DNA from: Methanosarcinales archaeon
GTDB lineage: Archaea; Halobacteriota; UBA148; JAUWXC01
Assembly (NCBI GenBank): GCA_026016205.1
Contig: CP061209.1
Location: 117,469-181,468 of the forward strand
DNA length: 64,000 nt
Direction: 5' to 3'
This document shows, piece after piece, positions 17,267 to 27,640 of this stretch. The notes under the pieces are model-generated. The model had not been told where the DNA came from. It ran no database searches and saw nothing but the letters and a program-made list of their open reading frames with translations. The translations under genes and the position numbers were made by a program. How positions within the stretch are numbered: position 1 is the first letter of the stretch; the number at the start of each line of letters is the position of its first letter.

Positions 17267-18950
17267 TCCCCAACAAACCCAATACATTCGCCAAGACAAT
17301 CCTTGCGCAGTCCACAAGTGCCAATCTCGCATCTCTCAGCGCATCCTCTACCTTTAGCACAGGAACTGCGCGATAGAATTGATTGAACGTCTCAGCTAAC
17401 TCCCTTGCATAGGTCGCTACGACGTATGGCTTCAGGTCTTGTGCTGTCGAATCTACTATGCTTGGCAAAAAAGCCATCTTCTTGATTAGTTCTATCTCCT
17501 CTGGCGCGGTGAGCAGAGAGGGATCAAATTTATGCTTGATTTCGCCTGCCTTTTTCAAAATGCTACATGCCCTTGCATGGGAGTACTGGATGAAGGGTGC
17601 CCCCTGTTTCTCAAAGTCCAGCGCATCCTCCCATTTAAACGTCATCATCTTTTCTGGGGCAACCTTGATGATGTCGAACCTAACAGCACCCATGCCGACG
17701 ACCTCGGCGATATCTCGCTTCTCCTTCTCAGACAGTTCAGGCCTTCTTTTCTGAACCTCGATGTATGCTCTTTCGCATGCCTCATCCAGCAAATCATCCA
17801 GATTGACCACAACACCCTTGCGCGTGGACATTCGTCCTTCTGGCAGCGATACAAACGAGTAGAACACTATCCTCGGCTCCTTCTTTAATCCGAGTATCTT
17901 GAGGGCGCACTTAAGCTGCTCCATCGATAACTTCTGGTCCTCACCGAGCACGTTTATTACAACATCTGCATGCTTAAACTTCCAGAGATGGTAGGCAACG
18001 TCCCTTGTGGTGTAAAGCGTAGTTCCGTTGAAGCGTGTCAACACAAAGTCCTTTTCCACTCCGAATGATGTCAGGTCAAGCGCTAACGCACCATCCTCCC
18101 GCTTTATGTACTTGGTCTTTTTCAATTTTTCAAGAACTTTTTTCACAGAGCCATCAATCACGAATTGGGACTCCCATACATATCTGTCAAAGGTGATGTC
18201 AAGCCGCTCCAGGGTTTGCCTTTGCCCATCAATACACTTGTTCACCACTGTCCTGAACTTCTCAATCGTACTTGCATTGCCTGACTCATATCTACCCAGG
18301 ATTTGGGCAATTTGAGACTCTGCATCAGGGTGTTCAGCAACGATTTGAGTCGCTTTCCTGTAGTATCGCACGATATCGTAGTCCGGCTTATCTCTCTCTG
18401 ATTTTTGCAATGCTTTTTGCTCTATATTATCATAGCCCCAAACGATTGTGGCAACCTGTTTCCCCATGTCGTTTACATAATACTGTATCTCAACATCATA
18501 GCCAGCGCACCTAATTATCCTGGCAAGGGTATCGCCTATTATAGGGTTCCGCCCCCTGCCGACGTGCAAGGGTCCGGTTGGATTTGTAGACGTGTGCTCG
18601 AGAATGATGCGTTTATCCTTCTTGGGAAGCGAACCATATTTCTCGCCTTCTTTGAGAATCAGTAGGGCTGTTTGATTCAGGAATTCCCTGTTGACGTAAA
18701 AATTGATGTACGGTCCTTTGGCTTCTGCACGTTCAACAAGCGTCTTTTCTGGAATTCGAATTTTTCGTGAGATATCTTCTGCGATGCGCCCAGGGGACTT
18801 CTTGTATTTTGGCACGAGTCTGAACGCAACAGATGATGCAAGGTCGGCATAATCTGATGTCTCTAAGCACAACGTTTCTACTTTGTAACCGGCTGCCTTG
18901 ATGGCATCTTGCAGAAGAGACTCCACTTCGCTCTTAAACTTGAGAAACAT
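17244..18950 (-). CDS. argS: arginine--tRNA ligase
   Basis: EHTS.NPTGPLHVGRGRN, MSTRKG, YSHAR and APESM C-terminus. Confidence 0.96.
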   Translation of the reverse strand: MFLKFKSEVESLLQDAIKAAGYKVETLCLETSDYADLASSVAFRLVPKYKKSPGRIAEDISRKIRIPEKTLVERAEAKGPYINFYVNREFLNQTALLILKEGEKYGSLPKKDKRIILEHTSTNPTGPLHVGRGRNPIIGDTLARIIRCAGYDVEIQYYVNDMGKQVATIVWGYDNIEQKALQKSERDKPDYDIVRYYRKATQIVAEHPDAESQIAQILGRYESGNASTIEKFRTVVNKCIDGQRQTLERLDITFDRYVWESQFVIDGSVKKVLEKLKKTKYIKREDGALALDLTSFGVEKDFVLTRFNGTTLYTTRDVAYHLWKFKHADVVINVLGEDQKLSMEQLKCALKILGLKKEPRIVFYSFVSLPEGRMSTRKGVVVNLDDLLDEACERAYIEVQKRRPELSEKEKRDIAEVVGMGAVRFDIIKVAPEKMMTFKWEDALDFEKQGAPFIQYSHARACSILKKAGEIKHKFDPSLLTAPEEIELIKKMAFLPSIVDSTAQDLKPYVVATYARELAETFNQFYRAVPVLKVEDALRDARLALVDCARIVLANVLGLLGITAPESM

Positions 18951-19005
18951 GCCTATATCACTTAGATGCGCTCGATAATTATAGTTTTGTGTTGACGCAA
19001 ATCTG

Positions 19006-19617
19006 TCATTCAAAATGTATCCTTTTCATCTCATCTTCGGTGATGCCCTTCAATTTGGCGAGGTCGGAAATGATCGAATCAAGAACTATCAGGGCGCTGC
19101 ACTCAAATAGATTCCCAAGGGGGCTGAGTGGGGCGTAAAGCCCTTTTTGCTCCCTGTCAAGGTAATTATTCTTTGGTACATCCATCTTTGTTTTCCCTGA
19201 CACTTCCAAGATGTGGTCGCAGTATTTTCTCAGTCTGGACTCCGGGCGCGAGGTCACTCCGAAGACGATTGCATGTAAATCCTTCGAGGTCTTTGCTCTA
19301 TTGACGACATCCGGCGTCTCACCAGACCCTAAGATTAAAATTATTGCATCTCCCTCATGCATTGCCGGCGCCGATTCACTCCCTACGAAAAAAGCGTTGT
19401 ACTTCAGATTGGTGAGTCTGGTCACCAGTGCTTTTCCTATAAGTCCAGAGCGACCTGCACCGTAAACGTATGTGTATTTTCCTTCTGCATCTAACTTATG
19501 CAGATTTTCAACGAACTCCTTGACCTGCACCTCCTGCATTTTATTATAAAGGGAAGATACGTGGTCTATGGTTAGTCGCAGTGATTTATAAAAAGTCGGC
19601 ACATCTTTCTCAACCAT
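19006..19617 (-). CDS. hxlB: 6-phospho-3-hexuloisomerase (SIS domain)
   Basis: YGAGRSG, GSGET, PLG.LFE and terminal H motifs. Confidence 0.8.
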   Translation of the reverse strand: MVEKDVPTFYKSLRLTIDHVSSLYNKMQEVQVKEFVENLHKLDAEGKYTYVYGAGRSGLIGKALVTRLTNLKYNAFFVGSESAPAMHEGDAIILILGSGETPDVVNRAKTSKDLHAIVFGVTSRPESRLRKYCDHILEVSGKTKMDVPKNNYLDREQKGLYAPLSPLGNLFECSALIVLDSIISDLAKLKGITEDEMKRIHFE

Positions 19618-19659
19618 GGCAAAAACTCACTCCTGACTTGATTTAAATTTATTGGTGAA

Positions 19660-20883
19660 TTAAGCCCCAGTCCTGAATCTTAGGATGGCGGCAATTCCTC
19701 CAAATGCATTCATCAGTTGTTCTCCTTCCTCGAAATCAGTCGAGATAAATTCTACAGTGGTGTTCATCTGTTCTGCTACTTCAGATAGCTCCGCGACAAC
19801 GTCTGCACTTTTTTCCACTTCCATGTTAGCGCCACATTTGGGGCATGTCTCTACACCCAACTTTTGAACCGTTTTTTCCTGCTGAAAATCGCAACTAGGG
19901 CAGCGTAGATGCAACCTAATCCTGCGCAAATCCTCTGAGAGCAATAGCGTATCAACTGCGCCCAGTTTGAGATTTCTTCTAACTTCCTCTTCCCCATAGG
20001 CGGCTAGCTCCAGGTCGCTCACAAGTTCTTTCATGAATCTTTCCATAATGCGTTTTTCTTTGACGAGGTCCAGGTCTTGAAGCGTGTTAGAGGAAGCATC
20101 CACCAATTCATACAGCCCAGACTCATCCGTGTATGAGGCGTCAAATAACCCGAGAACCTTTGATTGCAATTCATGATGGAGATGCTCGCCACCTGCGAAT
20201 TCTTCTTTCGTAGGGCTCGGACCCCCAATCAATACGCCCTGGAAGTCTTTCCTGTCTATGTTGAGAAACACCTTGTTAGCTGCTTTGGCAATTCTCTCAT
20301 AAAATTCATTGATGGCGATCAATCGCAGTCTTTGAAATCGCTGTGCTGATTGGCCACCTTGCCTCTGTTTGCCAGGCACACTGGACGTCAGATGCTTTAT
20401 CGGTTCGATGTGCTTGCCCGTGAGCAATCCTATGGTGGCCTCCCTTCTATCTAATACAATCAAGCCGAACGTCTTTTTCTCCTTGAGCATATCCTCTAAT
20501 GGCGCGAGCACGAATTCAGAGCCGCAGCGGTACATGTACGTTGTAATGGGTTCTGGCGGCTCGAGAACTATCGTCTCCAGTTCGGTTTTATCTCCTCCAA
20601 GAGAGACGGTTCCACAGAATATTACTATCCCATTCTCGGGTGCTGCCTTAAAATACCTGAGCCTGGCCATGATAGAATCCAACGCACTCTGGACGTTGGT
20701 TCTTGTTGATTTTGACTTGATATTCGAGGCCTGGCCACGTTCATCCCTCAGCTGCGCTACGACATCGAAAATCTGCTTATCTGGAGGGATATAAATCGTG
20801 ACCAGTTCCGTTCCTTTTCCAACCTTTTCCCTCAGTTCCTCTATTTTCCGTTTAAATTCGTATTTTTTGTGGGCGTCCGACAT
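19660..20883 (-). CDS. prf1: peptide chain release factor aRF1
   Basis: ASNIKS, GGQS..RF.R, FGGIAAILRF. Confidence 0.97.
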   Translation of the reverse strand: MSDAHKKYEFKRKIEELREKVGKGTELVTIYIPPDKQIFDVVAQLRDERGQASNIKSKSTRTNVQSALDSIMARLRYFKAAPENGIVIFCGTVSLGGDKTELETIVLEPPEPITTYMYRCGSEFVLAPLEDMLKEKKTFGLIVLDRREATIGLLTGKHIEPIKHLTSSVPGKQRQGGQSAQRFQRLRLIAINEFYERIAKAANKVFLNIDRKDFQGVLIGGPSPTKEEFAGGEHLHHELQSKVLGLFDASYTDESGLYELVDASSNTLQDLDLVKEKRIMERFMKELVSDLELAAYGEEEVRRNLKLGAVDTLLLSEDLRRIRLHLRCPSCDFQQEKTVQKLGVETCPKCGANMEVEKSADVVAELSEVAEQMNTTVEFISTDFEEGEQLMNAFGGIAAILRFRTGA

Positions 20884-21006
20884 CTGCGCCTCCTCGCATA
20901 AATGGGTTTATAGGTTAAAATGATTTGTCCACTAATGGCACCATACTGTATGGCGCATGACGGGCAATATACATAAGGGGCACGTCATATCTTCGTATTT
21001 TCATCA

Positions 21007-21345
21007 TTAAGCCTCATATACAATGTCCCGCGTGCATCTGTGATCTTCCAAGATATCTCCAAAGGCCCTATAGAAGTACTCGCATGCCCTATCTAAATCG
21101 TTCTGCCCCACTGCTGTAAGCGTATATGTGCGTGTTCTACCGGTAGTGTGCGAGCTTATTAATTTTTTTCTTTCCAGATTTCTGAGTGCTGGATATAAGG
21201 TTCCAGGATTCGGCTTCTCCCCCCTTCTTTTCGCTATTTCTTGTGCCAACTCCTGTCCATACATTTCTTTCTTAGAGAGCAACCATAGAATCGTAAAAGA
21301 GAGAAATCCTCTCATGTCACAGTACTCAGAATTGACAACCCTCAT
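21007..21345 (-). CDS. PadR family transcriptional regulator
   Basis: MYGQEL, PGTLYPAL..LE, YTLT..G. Confidence 0.85.
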   Translation of the reverse strand: MRVVNSEYCDMRGFLSFTILWLLSKKEMYGQELAQEIAKRRGEKPNPGTLYPALRNLERKKLISSHTTGRTRTYTLTAVGQNDLDRACEYFYRAFGDILEDHRCTRDIVYEA

Positions 21346-21348
21346 AGA

Positions 21349-21414
21349 TTAATATTGGGTGTACATTACTTTTAAAGTTTTCGGTCTTACCTTATATTGC
21401 ATGCCCAATATTAA
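21349..21414. promoter_or_regulatory. inverted repeat bracketing the padR promoter
   Basis: TTAATATTGGG (21349-21359) and CCCAATATTAA (21404-21414) around a TTTAAA box. Confidence 0.5.
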
Positions 21415-22085
21415 AGGATTATTTCCGTCCCATTATGTTTTCCATTAAGAACCGCATCTACAATGCTCTTGGGATTTGAGCCATCTAACACGATTGTGTG
21501 AATCTTGGACCTTTCAATGATTTTTGCCGCTAATGGATCCATGATTGACTGGGCTCCTGCCTTCATTTCACTCTTCATAACGATATCTACCAACTGTTCT
21601 GGCGTGATTCTGTCCAGTTTTTTGGCACCCGCGTTCTTTGGATCTGTGGTATATACTCCGTCAATGGATGTCGCGCTGACGAGTAAATCTGCTTGGATAT
21701 ATTCAGCCAGAATCGCTGCGACTGCATCCGTAGTTTGACCAGGGGCAACGCCACCCATTACGACTATTTTTCCGGACGATGCAGCGCGTTCAGCCTCTTC
21801 ATAGTTAGTCGGAGGTACAGGATGTGCATTTTTTCCCAGGGCGGATATCAACAAGCGCGCATTTAGCCTTGTTACATCAATGCCAATGATATCACATATC
21901 GCCTCGTTTGCACTAAGGTTGCGTACAACTTGAATATACTCTCTTGCAATGGCACCGCCGCCAGCCACGACAAAAACCGTGTGCTTCTTGGCGACTTCCT
22001 TTATCGCCTCTGCATACTTTCCAAAGTTCTTTGAATCCAATGTGGGTGCGAGAATAGAGCCGCCAATTGACATTACAACTATCAT
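21411..22085 (-). CDS. pyrH: UMP kinase
   Basis: SIGGS, GGG..AR.YI, PGQTTDAVA, DGVY..DP. Confidence 0.95.
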   Translation of the reverse strand: MIVVMSIGGSILAPTLDSKNFGKYAEAIKEVAKKHTVFVVAGGGAIAREYIQVVRNLSANEAICDIIGIDVTRLNARLLISALGKNAHPVPPTNYEEAERAASSGKIVVMGGVAPGQTTDAVAAILAEYIQADLLVSATSIDGVYTTDPKNAGAKKLDRITPEQLVDIVMKSEMKAGAQSIMDPLAAKIIERSKIHTIVLDGSNPKSIVDAVLNGKHNGTEIIL

Positions 22086-22183
22086 TGCATTCCCCCTTAT
22101 CGCCTGAAGTATTAAGGGGTTTCGATTGAAAAAGATTTATTTAAGCATGGGCAAAATAACATATCCTCTAGTCAGGTGATATA

Positions 22184-22369
22184 ATGGTAAAAATCATACC
22201 TCATAAACATTGTACAACGTGTGGAAAGTCGATTGTGCCCGAGGAGACGTTCTGCTCTGATAAGTGTAAAAAGCAATACGATGACGCTCAAAAGAGACAA
22301 AAGTTGATATTCATAGCGTTCATCGTGCTGGCATTCTTCATGCTAGTCTCGCCGCTCCTGGGGCTATAG
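22184..22369 (+). CDS. DUF2116-like Zn-ribbon membrane protein
   Basis: PHKHC..CG..I.....FCS..C followed by a C-terminal TM helix. Confidence 0.8.
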   Translation: MVKIIPHKHCTTCGKSIVPEETFCSDKCKKQYDDAQKRQKLIFIAFIVLAFFMLVSPLLGL

Positions 22370-22425
22370 TGAAAGGCACGTATAAATACTAATAGTGACT
22401 ACAGACATCCCTTAGAGGAGGTTTA

Positions 22426-22890
22426 ATGTTCAGACGGGCGTTCGCGATTTCGGTGATACTGCTCCTGATGATGCCCATGGCATCTGCAGCCAGTGGGGAG
22501 TCGAGATACATCGATATCGAGAGGGCAACGATGACGTTTGATGGAGCCGATGCGAACATCGTCGTAAAGTATAGTGTCGATAACCTGTTTGCCAAACTCT
22601 ATATTTGGCTACTGGGTCCAGAAGTCATAAAACAAAAGTTGGAGAGCACATTTTTCGATTTACAGATTCAGATTGTAGAGATATCATGTGATGAAGCTGT
22701 GATTGTTGCCAGTGATGTGATAACATACAACAATGGGCGATACTATATAGGGCCGCACCAACTGGGCCAGAACGTCGACACATGTGTTATAACATTTTCA
22801 GATGGCTATACAATAACGCTTGAGTCCATAGATACAATACCATCGCTTGTACATCCCAGCGACACGGCATTTTACATGATTCTCCCGTAA
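22426..22890 (+). CDS. secreted hypothetical protein
   Basis: Signal peptide and GGAGG ribosome-binding site. Confidence 0.6.
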   Translation: MFRRAFAISVILLLMMPMASAASGESRYIDIERATMTFDGADANIVVKYSVDNLFAKLYIWLLGPEVIKQKLESTFFDLQIQIVEISCDEAVIVASDVITYNNGRYYIGPHQLGQNVDTCVITFSDGYTITLESIDTIPSLVHPSDTAFYMILP

Positions 22891-23265
22891 TCATTTCTTG
22901 CGCTTACGTTTCTTGCCTTTAACATCACCAAAAACAGATGGCAGATGAACCATATATGTCCCCTCTTCCTTCAGCGCCATAATAATTTCTGGCCTATCAA
23001 GAAGCGACTCGATGTTAAGTTCATATGAACCGGGGCCGAGTATTTTTACACTCTCTACCCTATGGGAATCGGCATCTTTGGGGGACTTTTTCTCTTCAAC
23101 TTCTGCTTTGCTTATCAGCTCGTCGATGTTTATTGCCTCTGATTCTGATGCCTCATCTCCAGTTACATAAAGAAATTTATTCCAGCTGCAACTGGGACAC
23201 CCATTCAGAATTTCGGATGCACCATCCTTGAATATTTTCCCACATCTGGTGCATTTGTGTGGCAT
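22891..23265 (-). CDS. oapC: Zn-ribbon protein OapC/ArvC (DUF2072)
   Basis: MPHKC..CG...GCP.C..NKF.Y and G.YELN; third gene of the operon. Confidence 0.85.
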   Translation of the reverse strand: MPHKCTRCGKIFKDGASEILNGCPSCSWNKFLYVTGDEASESEAINIDELISKAEVEEKKSPKDADSHRVESVKILGPGSYELNIESLLDRPEIIMALKEEGTYMVHLPSVFGDVKGKKRKRKK

Positions 23266-23271
23266 TCTACC

Positions 23272-23694
23272 TCATGAACGTACAGATACTAGTGCACTGA
23301 TAAAATCATGATCCCTCTTTAGTGTCTTGAGTTGGTCCGCTGCTCCGACTACGGTGAGCCGTGTCTCAATTGTAGTTTTTCCCAAAAGTTTGCCCAGAAA
23401 TGTAGTTCTCTGTTTGCAGGGATAACTTTCGATTTCAATACCGGAAAAGTCGTCTGGCGTGATCTCGGTCATGGTCATCTCGATTAACTTTGCCTCTTCT
23501 TCCGGGGTAAGCCCCCTCTCAAGGATTACAATGCTGCCGTTTCTGACCATATCTAGTATGAATCTGATCTTTTCCATCGAGGCCATGGTTGAGAAACGGT
23601 CTCCTGAGACGAGGTCTATTTTAATTCCTTTCTGGTTAGTTGACTTTTTAGTCCGTTTCTTCTTAGTTTTCTTCTTGCTCATCTTTATCCTCAC
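23272..23694 (-). CDS. oapB: OapB/ArvB (DUF2073)
   Basis: SMEKIR.ILD.V..G.IVILE.GL.PEEE..LIE.TM motif. Confidence 0.85.
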   Translation of the reverse strand: MRIKMSKKKTKKKRTKKSTNQKGIKIDLVSGDRFSTMASMEKIRFILDMVRNGSIVILERGLTPEEEAKLIEMTMTEITPDDFSGIEIESYPCKQRTTFLGKLLGKTTIETRLTVVGAADQLKTLKRDHDFISALVSVRS

Positions 23695-24326
23695 CCAAAA
23701 TGATTCGCAATCGATTCATAAAGTTTGTCTATATTATATCCCTCAAGGGCAGACATGGGGATTACTGTATGCTGTGGAAATGCGCTTTTAATCCTCGCCG
23801 GTGAAGCTTCTGGCAAATCTATCTTATTTGCCACGATTAACAAGGGCAATTCCCTTGCCTCCATGTTGCCGATGACCGTGACGTTTACCTGCGTAAACGG
23901 GTCCTCGGCTGCATCCATAATCAACAGGATGCCGTCCAAATCATCAAGCCATTTAATCGCTTCTATTACCCCTTCCGTCGCCTCCTTTGCCCTGCGCTTT
24001 GCTTCCTCCTCCTCCAATCCATAAGCCATAAAATCATGAAAATCAATCTTTGTTGCCAAGCCGGGCGTATCTACGATATCCAGGGTTATGGTTGCGCCAT
24101 TAGCATTGATCACTACTCCCTCCTTCTTCCTCGCCCTGCGGGTCTCGTGCGGCATCTCGGATATAGGTCCCATTGCATCCCCGCTCCAATCCCTGATGAT
24201 CCTATTGGCGAGGGTTGTTTTTCCAGCATTTGGTGGACCATAAATGCCAATGCGTGCCTTCTTCTTCTTAAAAATCTTTTTAGCCCAAGATGGTAAATTT
24301 TTCTTGACCTTCGCTATTATTCCCAT
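23691..24326 (-). CDS. oapA: Era-like small GTPase OapA/ArvA
   Basis: GPPNAGKTT, DTPG, NKID. The true start is 24326; the longer track ORF is antisense read-through of a CBS gene. Confidence 0.9.
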   Translation of the reverse strand: MGIIAKVKKNLPSWAKKIFKKKKARIGIYGPPNAGKTTLANRIIRDWSGDAMGPISEMPHETRRARKKEGVVINANGATITLDIVDTPGLATKIDFHDFMAYGLEEEEAKRRAKEATEGVIEAIKWLDDLDGILLIMDAAEDPFTQVNVTVIGNMEARELPLLIVANKIDLPEASPARIKSAFPQHTVIPMSALEGYNIDKLYESIANHFG

Positions 24327-24459
24327 TCTCCCCCCTCTAAAGAAGATATCACATAAATATATGTTCCAGTCGCCATATATATCTTTATTGCACCGAACGA
24401 ACGCGATTGTTTTATAGGTAAAGCACAGAATAATACATGGCAGCAAGGAGGAACACGAC

Positions 24460-25014
24460 ATGGAAACCAGAATGCCAGTGCGAGAAATCATGACAAAAGG
24501 TGTTATCACCGCCGAAACTGATATGAAAGTCTCGGATGCAGGGAGAAAGATGCTTACGCGTAATATAGGGACCCTTATCATAACAGAAAAGGGCAAACCC
24601 GTGGGCGTCGTGACAGAGCGAGATATGGTGCGAAAAATCATCGCTAAAGACCTGCGCCCAAGTTCTGCCACGCTCAAGGATTTGATGACACAGCCACTTG
24701 TTACCGTATCCCCAGATGACAGCATAGACAAGGCGGCACGAAAAATGGCAGAGTTGAACATCAGGAGACTGCCCGTTATCGAGGATGACAAACTGATTGG
24801 CATCGTCACTGATACTGATATGATTGCGGTCTCATCTGGACTTGCTGATATTCTTTCAAATTTAATCGAGATGAACCGTGAGAACATTCCATTCAGGCCT
24901 GGGAAAGGATTTGAACAAGGCATCTGTGAGAGGTGTGAAACGCTTTCAGACTCTCTGGAAATGGTAGATGGAATATTGGTTTGTGAGAGTTGTAAAGACG
25001 AGACGTCCCGGTAG
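24460..25014 (+). CDS. CBS-pair protein with C-terminal Zn ribbon
   Basis: Two CBS repeats plus GICERC...VCESC. Confidence 0.88.
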   Translation: METRMPVREIMTKGVITAETDMKVSDAGRKMLTRNIGTLIITEKGKPVGVVTERDMVRKIIAKDLRPSSATLKDLMTQPLVTVSPDDSIDKAARKMAELNIRRLPVIEDDKLIGIVTDTDMIAVSSGLADILSNLIEMNRENIPFRPGKGFEQGICERCETLSDSLEMVDGILVCESCKDETSR

Positions 25015-25041
25015 GAGAGGATTCTAATAAAAGTACAGGCT

Positions 25042-25785
25042 GTGATGTCCCAGAATCCAGTGTTTATCAAAGACACCGAGTTTATAACTAAAGCACGCCA
25101 GTTGATTAGGGACTACCATTTCAGGAGCCTGCCGGTTGTTGATAATGCTCGTAAAGTCATCGGAATGATTACAGAGGAAGATGTCCTGAAAATTACGTCC
25201 ACAAAGTCAAATGTGACCGTCGAGGGATTTGCTCGCAAGTGCCCGATGATCACACCCCTAGATGATATAAGAGATGTTGCAATAAAGATGATAAACATCA
25301 AAATGGGTGGGCTGCCCGTAGTTAAATCCTCACAAGATGGAAAGTTGGTGGGAATGATCAGCATGGTGGACATATTTAAAAAGATCAATCTCGACAAGAT
25401 TCCTCACAAGAGGGTAAAGGAAATAATGACTCCAAAAGTCAAGGTTTGTTCTCCGAAAGGCCCTGTATCAAAAGTATGGGCAAACATCCTCGAGCTCGGA
25501 TATTCTGGATTTCCCGTTGTTAGAGGGAAAAATGAACTGATAGGAATGGTCACTCGCCAAGACATAATCAAAGCTGGTTGTGCTAGGATGGGTAGGGAGT
25601 CCCCGCCGGTAGAGAAAATAATGAGTACCCCAAGCTATACGGTCCATCCTGGAGCCAGCTTGAAAGACGCCATCAAATTGATGTTGGCGCATGATATTGG
25701 GAGGCTGCCCGTTGTCGAGGATGACAAACTGGTTGGTATCGTAGATAGGTATGATTTGATTGGAGCTATCTTTGAGGCGATGTAA
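25042..25785 (+). CDS. CBS domain protein (4 CBS)
   Basis: Repeated LPVV...G.I/VT..D motifs. Confidence 0.88.
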   Translation: MMSQNPVFIKDTEFITKARQLIRDYHFRSLPVVDNARKVIGMITEEDVLKITSTKSNVTVEGFARKCPMITPLDDIRDVAIKMINIKMGGLPVVKSSQDGKLVGMISMVDIFKKINLDKIPHKRVKEIMTPKVKVCSPKGPVSKVWANILELGYSGFPVVRGKNELIGMVTRQDIIKAGCARMGRESPPVEKIMSTPSYTVHPGASLKDAIKLMLAHDIGRLPVVEDDKLVGIVDRYDLIGAIFEAM

Positions 25786-26732
25786 TGAAAAGGTGCTACG
25801 ACCGCATGAAAAAAGGAGCAAGACTCGCAAACGATGCGAGCGAAGCCGTGCTTGATAGGGGGCCGGTAGAATTTAAATCCCGTATATCCTCGCACTCAGG
25901 CGATGTGATGACAATTGCGTCCAGGGAGGTGGTCACGATTCCGCCGACCATGACGATTATGGGTGCGATAAAAACGATGATGACGTACGGCTTTAGGCGG
26001 ATTCCTATTGCAGACCCGGGTACGAACAGGCTTGTTGGGATTCTCACGAGCGTTGATTTGATTGATTTCCTGGGAGGTGGTGAACGACACAATTTGATTA
26101 AAAATAGACATAGCGGCAACCTGCTTGCTGCAATCAATGAAGACGTCCGGGAAATCATGGAAGTCGACGTGATAACGCTGAGTAAGTCGCAATCGTTAGA
26201 AGATGCGCTAAGCACGATGCTCAGCCAGAATATAGGCGGGCTGCCTATCGTGGATGATGAACACAGGGTTGTAGGCATCGTTTCCGAGCTCGATTTTGCG
26301 CGTTTAATCGCCGATGTGAAGACAGGAAAAATTGTAAAAGATTACATGAGCCGAAGGGTGGTAACTGCACCGCCTGATATGTCTATAGCAGAGGCTGCCA
26401 AAACGATGGTTTCCAATGGGTTTAGGCGGCTCCCAATCATAAAGGATGGAGTGTCCCTTGGGATCGTCACCGCCACTGATATTGTGAGATATCTTGGTGA
26501 TGGAAAAGCATTTGGCAAACTGGCTACTGGATACATTCAGGAAGCGTTAGAGCCTGCTATTAAGACAATTATGGTGCCCAATGTTATCGCCACGACATCC
26601 AATGTCGACTTGGGTGATGCTACCAAACTCATGATGGACAAAAAGGTGGGGTCATTATTGGTCATTGACGATGGCTTCCTGATGGGCATACTCACCGAGA
26701 GAGACGTCCTGCGGGCATTATGTATAGATTAA
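25785..26732 (+). CDS. CBS domain protein (4 CBS)
   Basis: FRRIPI, GGLPIV, FRRLPI and GILTERD motifs. Confidence 0.88.
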   Translation: MKRCYDRMKKGARLANDASEAVLDRGPVEFKSRISSHSGDVMTIASREVVTIPPTMTIMGAIKTMMTYGFRRIPIADPGTNRLVGILTSVDLIDFLGGGERHNLIKNRHSGNLLAAINEDVREIMEVDVITLSKSQSLEDALSTMLSQNIGGLPIVDDEHRVVGIVSELDFARLIADVKTGKIVKDYMSRRVVTAPPDMSIAEAAKTMVSNGFRRLPIIKDGVSLGIVTATDIVRYLGDGKAFGKLATGYIQEALEPAIKTIMVPNVIATTSNVDLGDATKLMMDKKVGSLLVIDDGFLMGILTERDVLRALCID

Positions 26733-26758
26733 ACTAAAGTGCTTTTTGAGGTAATGGC

Positions 26759-27619
26759 ATGAAAGGCATGAAAGTGAAGGATGTTATGAGCTCGCCTGTA
26801 CACGTGATTGCTCTAGAGGATACCATCGCGCATGCGAGACGTCTGATGCTCAGACACGGGATTAGTAGATTGGTGGTTGTTGATAAAGAGAAACCCGTGG
26901 GGGTAGTCACGAAATCCGACCTGATGTGGAAACTTAGGCAGGCGGGACCCATGTGGCGCAGGCGGCAAATTGATCGCACTCCAATAAAGGTGGTGATGAG
27001 CGAAAATCCAGTCACTACATATCCTGATGCATTACTGGAAGAAACTGAAGAGTTGATGCTGGAAAACAACATCGGCGGATTGCCTGTTGTAGATGATGGA
27101 TTAATTGGCATGGTCAGTAAATTTGACATAGTTCGCCAGTTTTCCAACACTGTATCAAGAGTCAAAGTCGGAGATATAATTGGTGATTTTGTCGTAACGG
27201 TCCATCGTCATAGCTCGATAAATCACGTGATTGATGAGATGCAGGAAAATGACGTACACAGGGTAGTTGTAATGGAAGATGACGATACGCCGGTTGGTAT
27301 CATCACATCCTCTAATTTGGCATTTATTGAATCAGAAACTGAGAAGGGCGAGATGCCGGAGAAGAAGATAAAGATGACCAGAAAGGACAGTCCTGCAGGA
27401 CGTAAACGATTCAGGGATATAGAAAAGAAAGGGCTCGTTGCTGAAGATGTTATGTCATCTCCTCTAATAACTGTGGATAAGAATGAGTTTGTGGTCAATG
27501 CTGCAAAAATGCTAATAGGACACAAAATCGAAGGAATGCCTGTGGTGGACGGGAGATTAGTGGGTGTTATCTCCAAGACCGACATTATCAGGATGCTTCA
27601 CTCTGTTGCCACAGCTTAA
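26759..27619 (+). CDS. CBS domain protein (4 CBS)
   Basis: Repeated CBS motifs. Confidence 0.88.
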   Translation: MKGMKVKDVMSSPVHVIALEDTIAHARRLMLRHGISRLVVVDKEKPVGVVTKSDLMWKLRQAGPMWRRRQIDRTPIKVVMSENPVTTYPDALLEETEELMLENNIGGLPVVDDGLIGMVSKFDIVRQFSNTVSRVKVGDIIGDFVVTVHRHSSINHVIDEMQENDVHRVVVMEDDDTPVGIITSSNLAFIESETEKGEMPEKKIKMTRKDSPAGRKRFRDIEKKGLVAEDVMSSPLITVDKNEFVVNAAKMLIGHKIEGMPVVDGRLVGVISKTDIIRMLHSVATA

Positions 27620-27640
27620 ACGAAAGTATGTGGAGGGTAA

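Noticed and set aside
22891..24460. Replication origin next to oapABC
   Set aside because: No cdc6/orc gene, ORB repeats or long AT-rich intergenic region.
24327..25076. N-terminal 250 aa of the 461-aa track ORF
   Set aside because: Antisense shadow of the CBS gene; the GTPase starts at 24326.
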